Shown here: positions 49,813 to 56,217 of the stretch, one piece after another | Layout of the letters: every line of letters starts with the position of its first letter | Numbering within the stretch: the stretch's first letter is position 1 | NCBI GenBank assembly: GCA_016783675.1 | Contig: JADHWE010000006.1 | Coordinates: forward strand, 1,406 to 65,405 | Length of the DNA: 64,000 nucleotides | Source: Kiritimatiellia bacterium | GTDB taxonomy: Bacteria; Verrucomicrobiota; Kiritimatiellia; UBA8416; JABMPJ01 | Direction: 5' to 3' | Translations under genes and position numbers: made by a program | The notes under the pieces: generated by a model | The model's input: only the letters and a program-made list of their open reading frames with translations | Database searches by the model: none | Told to the model about the DNA's origin: nothing

Positions 49813-51153
49813 CTAGTACTTCCGATATTGCTTACGAACCAGGGCCGTGGCTTCCGGATCGTTGGGGCACTCCATACGTTTCGCGTCCCACTCAATACGC
49901 CGTCCCAGCCGGGCGGCCAGGTTGCCTATCAATACCATTTCGGTCAACGGTCCGGCATAGTCGAAGTTGGCTCCGGCGGGCGCCCCGCCCTTGCAGGCTT
50001 CGATCCATTCCTTGTAGTGACCGATCGAAGGTTTCTCGGTCTTCTCCGGTAGTCCGTTCTTACCAAACTCACGCATCTTCGCCTCCGGAATGATGCGGAT
50101 GGATTGGCAGTAGATGCCGTTGAACATGAGCGTGCCTTCAGAACCGTACCAGAAGGCGCCCCCGTCACCGCCCGGCAGATTCCGTCCCTCCTCGAGCTCG
50201 GGCGGGCGAGGCGGCTGCTTTTTGCCGTCGTGCCAGACAAGCTTGATCGGCCCGCGCTCGGCGGTGGCAGGGAATTGATAGGTGATGATCGACCACGCGG
50301 GGCAGCTCCACTCGCTTTTCGGGCCGGTGACGGCGTCCACGCTGGTCGGACGTCCCAGCTTGAGGACATCGAAGTGGCAGTCCATGGCATGACAGCCGAT
50401 GTCGCCCAGCGCGCCGCAGCCGTACTCCCACCATCCGCGCCATGCGAAGGGGAGATAGGCCCTGTTGTAGGCGCGCTCCTGGGCCACGCCCTGCCAGAGA
50501 TTCCAGTCCAGGTGCGTCGGCGCCGCCTGGGCCGGCTGCAGCGGCCGGTCGCCCTGGGGCCAGATAGGCCGGTTCGTGTAGATGTGCACCTCATGGACTT
50601 CACCAACAGCCCTCGCCGCGTACCACTCGCGCAGCCGCCGGATACCTGTTCCGGAATGTCCCTGGATCCCCATATGCGTAGCCACCTGGTGCTTGCGCGC
50701 CGCCTCCGTAAGCGACCGGGCTTCTTCAATGGTGTGCGCCAACGGCTTCTGCACAAAGACATGCTTGCCCATCTTGATCGCCATCATCGCCGCCGGAAAA
50801 TGCATGTGGTCCGGGGTGCTGATAGTGACGGCATCGATCTGGTCATCCATTTCCATCAGCATGCGCCGGAAATCCTTGTATCGCTTGGCCTGGGGATACT
50901 TTTCGAAGGTGCCCTTGGCCCGTTCGAAATCGACATCGCAGAGCGCCACGATATTCTCGCCGGCGACCGCTGCCACATCACTATTCCCCTTGCCCCCAAC
51001 CCCGATGCAAGCGATGTTGAGTTTGCGCCCCTCGATGATGGTACCCGTCCGGGAGGGAATATCACCCCAGGCCCACTCGATGTTCGGCAGGGCGGCATAG
51101 GCCACTGCCCCGAGTCCGGCGGTCCCTATAAATCTGCGTCTATCCATGGACAT
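49813..51153 (-). CDS. TAT-exported Gfo/Idh/MocA-family oxidoreductase
   Basis: Twin-arginine signal MSMDRRRFIGTAGLGA. Rossmann motif IACIGVGGKGNSD and the EKPL-type motif VFVQKPLAHT. Confidence 0.85.
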   Translation of the reverse strand: MSMDRRRFIGTAGLGAVAYAALPNIEWAWGDIPSRTGTIIEGRKLNIACIGVGGKGNSDVAAVAGENIVALCDVDFERAKGTFEKYPQAKRYKDFRRMLMEMDDQIDAVTISTPDHMHFPAAMMAIKMGKHVFVQKPLAHTIEEARSLTEAARKHQVATHMGIQGHSGTGIRRLREWYAARAVGEVHEVHIYTNRPIWPQGDRPLQPAQAAPTHLDWNLWQGVAQERAYNRAYLPFAWRGWWEYGCGALGDIGCHAMDCHFDVLKLGRPTSVDAVTGPKSEWSCPAWSIITYQFPATAERGPIKLVWHDGKKQPPRPPELEEGRNLPGGDGGAFWYGSEGTLMFNGIYCQSIRIIPEAKMREFGKNGLPEKTEKPSIGHYKEWIEACKGGAPAGANFDYAGPLTEMVLIGNLAARLGRRIEWDAKRMECPNDPEATALVRKQYRKY

Positions 51154-51284
51154 GCTTTGCGCTCCCCTTCTTTCTGATTCTCATCTCGTCGTCCAAAGCC
51201 GGTTCAGAACCGCGAACCCCGTTGAGCCTGCACAGCGAGGACTCGCCGCCTCACTCCAGACAATCAGTATCCCTCATGATGGAC

Positions 51285-51328
51285 TTCATCACAATGGCAA
51301 GCATGCATCATTTTATCAACCTGATGAA
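51285..51328. promoter_or_regulatory. TGCATCA-type sites upstream of the Gfo/DUF1080/sulfatase operon
   Basis: TTCATCA at 51285, TGCATCA at 51304 (spacing 19 nt), and an inverted TGATGAA at 51322. Confidence 0.4.
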
Positions 51329-51386
51329 TCCTTTTGGGCTCGGAACCGCCACCCCTGTCCTGAACTACTCACGAACAAGCAACGCC

Positions 51387-51551
51387 TTATGGGGATAACG
51401 GCACCGGTTCGGGGGTCAGCCACACGGTGACCTCGAGCTCCGCCACCTTGGTGACCATGTGGTCTTGGATCTTTTTCTCACACGCATCAATGAGGCCGAG
51501 CACACCGCTAGCGTAAACGCTGTCGCTGTAATCATTGTGGCGTGCAGTCAT
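51387..51551 (-). CDS. possible 54-aa small protein downstream of the UroD-like gene
   Basis: ATG 51551 lies 7 nt after the UroD-like stop and is preceded by an AGGAA purine tract. It translates to MTARHNDYSDSVYASGVLGLIDACEKKIQDHMVTKVAELEVTVWLTPEPVPLSP. It is below the ORF-track cutoff and I recognise no homology. Confidence 0.25.
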   Translation of the reverse strand: MTARHNDYSDSVYASGVLGLIDACEKKIQDHMVTKVAELEVTVWLTPEPVPLSP

Positions 51552-51558
51552 ATCATTC

Positions 51559-52455
51559 CTAAGCGACGTGCGCCTCTGCGATGCATCTATACTCGTCCCA
51601 CATCGTCTTGTAGCTCTCCGGCGGCATGCCGTTGAAGATGCAATTCGAGGTCGAGAAGATGTAGGGCTTCCCTACCCCGCCATGTGTCATGCAGTAGCGC
51701 ACTGACTCCCGGATCTCATTCTGGTTGGTGTCCTGCAGCATGTTGCAGGCGACATTACCCATCAGAATCCAGTCCGGGTACTGCGCTCTGACCTCCTTGA
51801 TATCCATGTGGCCCTGCGGGTCGACTGACTGGTAGCCATCGACGCCGGTGGCATGGATCTGATCGAGGATCTGGGTGATGCAGCCATCCGAATGCAGGAT
51901 GGCCTTCTTGCCCAGGTCATGGATATTCGCAACGACCTCGGTCAGATACGGCGCGACAAACTCGGCATACTGATCAGGCGAAACAAACGGCGCATCGTTA
52001 TAGCCGAAATCATACGTCAGGACAAAGAAGTCGGCCCCGACATCGACGGCCTGTTTGAAGTACACCTTCGCGTTCTCGACCTTCTGCCGCGCCTCCGCGT
52101 GCAGCTCGTCCGGCTGTTCGAACAGGCGGATCACGAAGTCCATTACATCACCGCCGGTCGGCATGTAGAAGACGCCACCACCATCGTAAGCGGGAATAAG
52201 CGCCTTGTGGCCGAGTGCCTTTTTGACTCCGGCAATCTCCTCGACACCGTATCCGCCGCGGATCGCCGCCCAGTCATACTCGTCAACCAAGCGGTGATAG
52301 ACATCGATCTGTGCGGCCTGCCGGTCGGCTTCCGACAACGCCTCCAGGTCGACACCGAACATTTCCTTCTCGATCTGAAAAACCAGTTCCCAGTGCGGTG
52401 GCGTTTCCGGAACCCCACCGTTCAAAACCATCTCAAGCTTCTCTTTGCCGGTCAT
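51559..52455 (-). CDS. uroporphyrinogen-decarboxylase (URO-D/MtaA-like) family protein
   Basis: ILHSDGCITQILDQIHATGVDGYQSVDP and YIFSTSNCIF, parallel to the URO-D-like gene at 37528..38727. Start taken at Met 52455. Confidence 0.7.
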   Translation of the reverse strand: MTGKEKLEMVLNGGVPETPPHWELVFQIEKEMFGVDLEALSEADRQAAQIDVYHRLVDEYDWAAIRGGYGVEEIAGVKKALGHKALIPAYDGGGVFYMPTGGDVMDFVIRLFEQPDELHAEARQKVENAKVYFKQAVDVGADFFVLTYDFGYNDAPFVSPDQYAEFVAPYLTEVVANIHDLGKKAILHSDGCITQILDQIHATGVDGYQSVDPQGHMDIKEVRAQYPDWILMGNVACNMLQDTNQNEIRESVRYCMTHGGVGKPYIFSTSNCIFNGMPPESYKTMWDEYRCIAEAHVA

Positions 52456-52532
52456 CACGCTCTTTCCCCTATGAATTGCCATGCATCGCAAGAAGGATAG
52501 ACTTTTGGGTGCTGCTGCACCAACCGCCAACA

Positions 52533-52560
52533 TGCATCATTGCCAACGACGCCTGCATCA
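52533..52560. promoter_or_regulatory. paired TGCATCA direct repeats upstream of the UroD-like gene
   Basis: TGCATCA at 52533 and 52554, spacing 21 nt. An additional TGCATCG lies at 52482. Confidence 0.55.
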
Positions 52561-52649
52561 TTCTTGACAGGGCAAATGAGAGGCCACGAACCCCCATCTC
52601 CGCCGTTGTCGGCAAAGCTCCAAAGGACACGTGGGCGGCTTTGCCAGTA

Positions 52650-52693
52650 GCCCTGAAAGGGCGAAATATACAAGCCCAGGGCAACGCCCTGGG
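52650..52693. repeat. REP-like composite palindromic unit (copy B1, inverted orientation)
   Basis: GCCCT-GAA-AGGGC, a 12-nt spacer containing ATATAC, then CCCAGGGC-AAC-GCCCTGGG. Confidence 0.75.
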
Positions 52694-52715
52694 TAACGTA
52701 TGCGAGGGAGTATCA

Positions 52716-52776
52716 GCCCTGAAAGGGCGGGATATCTACGCACGTTTTCGAGTTCTATATCTCGCCCTTTCAGGGC
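52716..52776. repeat. REP-like partial units forming a long inverted repeat (copy B2)
   Basis: AGCCCTGAAAGGGCGGGATAT ... ATATCTCGCCCTTTCAGGGCT, with arms matching at about 20 of 21 positions. Confidence 0.7.
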
Positions 52777-52798
52777 TACATGCCTTTCCCCGGCAATT

Positions 52799-52842
52799 CC
52801 CAGGGCTTCGCCCTGGGCTGGTATATCCTGCCCCTTCGGGGC
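52799..52842. repeat. REP-like composite palindromic unit (copy B3)
   Basis: CCCAGGGC-TTC-GCCCTGGG, a 12-nt spacer containing GTATAT, then GCCCC-TTC-GGGGC. Confidence 0.75.
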
Positions 52843-52917
52843 GAAGAATCGGTCGCCCCACGGGTTCCTCGGTGCCGACAGCGGAGCCCTCACTTAGACT
52901 GATTGCGCCAAACAGGA

Positions 52918-54537
52918 TCAGACCCTAACCACGACCTCGTCCGCTCCCATCTTCTCGCCGGCATCGAAGGAGTCCGCGAGCGCGGGCACGTCTGAGAGTG
53001 AGATGTACTCGTGGGCCGCCGTGTTCGCCACATCTTTAGACATGACGAAGCCGAGTAACTCGACCCAGTCGGTCTGCTGCTTGTAGGTATGGTAGATCGT
53101 CTGATTCTCGTACTTGGCGTGGAGCTCGTGACCGGGCTCGTACGGGTTCTTGAACGGTTCCTGCGCGCACTGCGTGTAGGGGTCGAGTGTGACAAAGTGG
53201 CGCCCGGTCTCGTTGTTCCTGATCACGAAGAGCGGATACGACCCGTTGACCGGCCAGGCGTAAACCCGGCACTGCGGGTCCCCTGCCCCTTCGCGGCTCA
53301 GCACGGTATCCCCTTCGAGCGTCTTCGCGTAGAGAGGTACGAGCGGTACGATCCCCTCGTTGAAGTCGAGTACCTGGTGGTCCGCATGCTCGGCAAGGAT
53401 GCTGCCCTTCTTCGCGACATGCTCGAGTGAGCCGATCACGAAGTACATCCGGATAAGGTGCGGCGTGCGCGGGGTCTCCTCTGGACCGTAGTTGGTCGCC
53501 TGCACCATGTAGTCGCGCATGGCATCGTCAGCGTAGCCACAGGCGTAACTCGGCGTGTGGTCTTTGGCCCCGTCGGTCAGCTCCTTACCGAAGACGACAC
53601 CGAGAGCGTAATCGTATGGATTATCCGCATTGGGCGTGGCCGCAATCCAGCCGCCGGTGTCCTTGAAGGGAATGGAACGGTCGTTGGAAAAGAAACTAAC
53701 CGGATGCCAATAGCGATAGGAGCCGTCCGGGTTGGAGACGACCTGCTCCCGGAACAACGAGTGACGCACCCCACCCCAGGGGCCAAGGTTCATCTGGCAC
53801 TCGTCCTCGAAGTTGTAGACGAGGTAGCTCATCTCGATCACGCCGTCCCCAAGATCGCGGTAGTTGACGTAAATCAGTACCCCGCTGCGGTTCATGCTCG
53901 GGGTGGGAACTTGCCCCCAGTTCAGCATCGAGAAGGAGCGCTTCTCTGGATCAAAGTGCTCGCCCAGCAACGGGGTATAGAAGGTCTTCTTCTCCATGTC
54001 CCCCTTGATGTACATGCCGGACTGATGCACGAATGCATTCCCGTAGTGCTTGAATACAGTCCCCCTGTCCTCGGGGAGCTCATTCATGCGCGCAATGCTC
54101 GGATAGATCGTGGTGAACTGCCAGGCCTCATCCATCCACTGCGCGCCCTGATTCTGGGGCGGCACCGCCTCGCCGAAGAACGAGTAGATCGAATAGAGGT
54201 GCCCGCCTTTGCCAATTCCCAGGTCCCACTTACGTTCCTCCGGAGACTGGTGCTGCAGCCGCGCATGGAACACGGCACTCTCATCAAGCTCGCCCTTCTG
54301 CTCCTGGCGCGTCTCCTCGTCCACGAGGGACAGCCCACGCCACTCATCGCCACGCGCCCCCCATCGACTGTCACGAATCTTCCAGTCGAGCTCCTTCTTC
54401 AGCACCAGCTCGCTCGGCTTGTCGTAGAATGTCGGCGCCGGTGATTCAGGGAACAACCCCATGAATAGCGCCTGCGTTTCGTCCGGGGCCTTCTGCTCTT
54501 GAGTCTCTTCAGCGGTCATCGTTTTACTCACTTCCAA
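52918..54537 (-). CDS. conserved protein of unknown family (cytosolic paralogue of 58448..60088)
   Basis: 539-aa ORF with no signal peptide. It aligns along most of its length with the 58448..60088 product (for example LGIGKGG, WQFTTIY, NAFVHQSG, NLGPWGGVR, SNPDGSYR, NADNPY, GVVFGK, VYAWPVN, NNETGRHFVT, TDW.ELLGFVM). Confidence 0.6.
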   Translation of the reverse strand: MEVSKTMTAEETQEQKAPDETQALFMGLFPESPAPTFYDKPSELVLKKELDWKIRDSRWGARGDEWRGLSLVDEETRQEQKGELDESAVFHARLQHQSPEERKWDLGIGKGGHLYSIYSFFGEAVPPQNQGAQWMDEAWQFTTIYPSIARMNELPEDRGTVFKHYGNAFVHQSGMYIKGDMEKKTFYTPLLGEHFDPEKRSFSMLNWGQVPTPSMNRSGVLIYVNYRDLGDGVIEMSYLVYNFEDECQMNLGPWGGVRHSLFREQVVSNPDGSYRYWHPVSFFSNDRSIPFKDTGGWIAATPNADNPYDYALGVVFGKELTDGAKDHTPSYACGYADDAMRDYMVQATNYGPEETPRTPHLIRMYFVIGSLEHVAKKGSILAEHADHQVLDFNEGIVPLVPLYAKTLEGDTVLSREGAGDPQCRVYAWPVNGSYPLFVIRNNETGRHFVTLDPYTQCAQEPFKNPYEPGHELHAKYENQTIYHTYKQQTDWVELLGFVMSKDVANTAAHEYISLSDVPALADSFDAGEKMGADEVVVRV

Positions 54538-54600
54538 TGAATTTGGTATTCAGTAGTGGTCTCACTATCGCCCAAAGAGCCAACCGGAGCAATGGCCCAC

Positions 54601-54628
54601 ATGCATCATTATGGATCCACGAGGCATC
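54601..54628. promoter_or_regulatory. paired TGCATCA-type direct repeats upstream of 52918..54537
   Basis: TGCATCA at 54601 and GGCATCA at 54622, spacing 21 nt. Confidence 0.5.
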
Positions 54629-54820
54629 ATTTTCTGGAAGCTACGCCCTCAGACAGGAACGACCGAGTCCCCAGATGAACGACTCTTCCGCAGACTTCGC
54701 CTTTGGGCATTTCTTGACCCTATACCCCGATTGTGCCACCCTTTTTTAACTCCAAAGAGCCGTTGAGACGGTCTGGACACGCATGCGTCACGTCGGTTAA
54801 GAGAGGGTTGTCACTGACTT

Positions 54821-55108
54821 ATGACCGTTCAAACAGACAATTGGACCCCCGACACAATACCCTATATTTGCTGGGATCGGCAGTGGTCGGTTGCAGAGAT
54901 ACGCCGTCGACTGCGCTCTACGACGGGCGTGGAGCGACATCGACTGATGGCGTGGTTGATGCGGGAACTGAAGACCCCTGAAGTGTGGTTCTTCCTTAAG
55001 CCGGCGGAGATTCAGCAGGAATTCGAAGGTGTCAGTCGCTGGTTGGGCCCGGCGCGGCCGCTATGGGAATACCTGTTTGGGATGTGGCATGACCTGGGAA
55101 AACTCTAA
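54821..55108 (+). CDS. small putative antitoxin partner of the AbiEii/MenT-like toxin
   Basis: 95-aa ORF whose 3' end overlaps the toxin start by 20 nt. It lies in a region of lower GC, and I see no clear HTH. Confidence 0.45.
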   Translation: MTVQTDNWTPDTIPYICWDRQWSVAEIRRRLRSTTGVERHRLMAWLMRELKTPEVWFFLKPAEIQQEFEGVSRWLGPARPLWEYLFGMWHDLGKL

Positions 55109-55766
55109 AGCAATTACCCCGCTCAAACGGGATTTTCTGAAGGCCTTCTTTTCGAGGGAGAAACGCTTCTTCCTGACAGGGGGAAGCGCGTTGGGTCTGT
55201 TCTATCTCCAGCACAGATACTCGTATGACCTCGACCTCTTCTCGGTCGAGCACTTGGATTGGCTTGAACTCGATGGCGTCATGCGGCTCTGCGCCAGGGA
55301 CAGTAACGCTGATTTGGAATTGCTGCGAGACGCCCCAACTTTCAGGCGATACCACCTTACCACCGCGGATCATACCGAGATCATTGATATCGTCTTTGAC
55401 GTCAGCCCCCAAATCGATCAAGAGAAGAGGCTATTCGGGGACGTTCGAGTTGACACACTCCATGAAATCATGCTGAACAAGATTACGACGTTGATCAGCC
55501 GATGCGAGCTCAAGGATATCGTCGACCTGTACTTTCTGGAGCAGGAGGGCTTTCAGATTGAAGCCTGTTTTGAGGACGCTCAGCAGAAGGATGGCGGATT
55601 GGACCCAGGCATGATTTCACTGCTGCTGAACTCAGTTGCGATTGTCGAATTACCCGACTACTTGATCAAGCCTTTGACCCTCGAAGCACTGCGCACGTAT
55701 GTGGATGATTTGAAGCGCCGAATGGTCCTGATGGCCTATCCAGACGAAACCAGAGACACACCGTAG
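55089..55766 (+). CDS. nucleotidyltransferase AbiEii/AbiGii (DUF1814) toxin-family protein
   Basis: N-terminal FLKAFFSREKRFFLTGGSALGLFYLQHRYSYDLDLF matches the DUF1814 nucleotidyltransferase signature. Start taken at ATG 55089. Confidence 0.75.
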   Translation: MTWENSKAITPLKRDFLKAFFSREKRFFLTGGSALGLFYLQHRYSYDLDLFSVEHLDWLELDGVMRLCARDSNADLELLRDAPTFRRYHLTTADHTEIIDIVFDVSPQIDQEKRLFGDVRVDTLHEIMLNKITTLISRCELKDIVDLYFLEQEGFQIEACFEDAQQKDGGLDPGMISLLLNSVAIVELPDYLIKPLTLEALRTYVDDLKRRMVLMAYPDETRDTP

Positions 55767-56217
55767 ATAGATAACCGCCCGCGACCATAGTTGCACGTCA
55801 CCCGCGTATATTCATGCGGTCGCGTCCTGTAATCGTACTTTTTGCACTCCAAATTGAGAATACTCATCTCATATACATTGCTTCTGCAAAACGGGGTAAA
55901 TCCTCCCACGCGTTGCGCCAGAATAAAAGGTTACCGAAGCGATCTCTCTGAGTGAAGTGGTTGCGCCATAATTGATGTTACCCAAGCTTGCTGAAGATCT
56001 GTCGCTGCTTTGCATCGATAAGAGCCCTGAGCTTGTAGGGGTCCAGGTTGAGCTGCACCTCCGTGAGATACGCTTTCTGCGGTTCGACTAGGTGGTCGGA
56101 CGCGAGCAGCCTTTGGCAAGGTGTGGTCGTCCAGACCCTTGCCCTCGCGGCGAGCGAGTGTACCGAGGCGGAATATGCCACATGGATGGAATCCGCGTGC
56201 GCAACACCTAACGATCA

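Noticed and set aside
52650-52842. Could the clustered palindromic repeats be a CRISPR array?
   Set aside because: The units occur in both orientations with irregular spacing and short non-unique spacers, and there are no cas genes in the window. The architecture fits REP/BIME-like elements rather than CRISPR.
52311-52928. ORFs across the 52.5-52.9 kb intergenic region (52311..52928 +, 52558..52893 -, 52469..52684 -, 52700..52897 +)
   Set aside because: Their translations (ALKGRDI, QGNALG, PFRA...) are read-through of the REP-like palindromic repeats in both orientations. They are repeat artefacts rather than genes.
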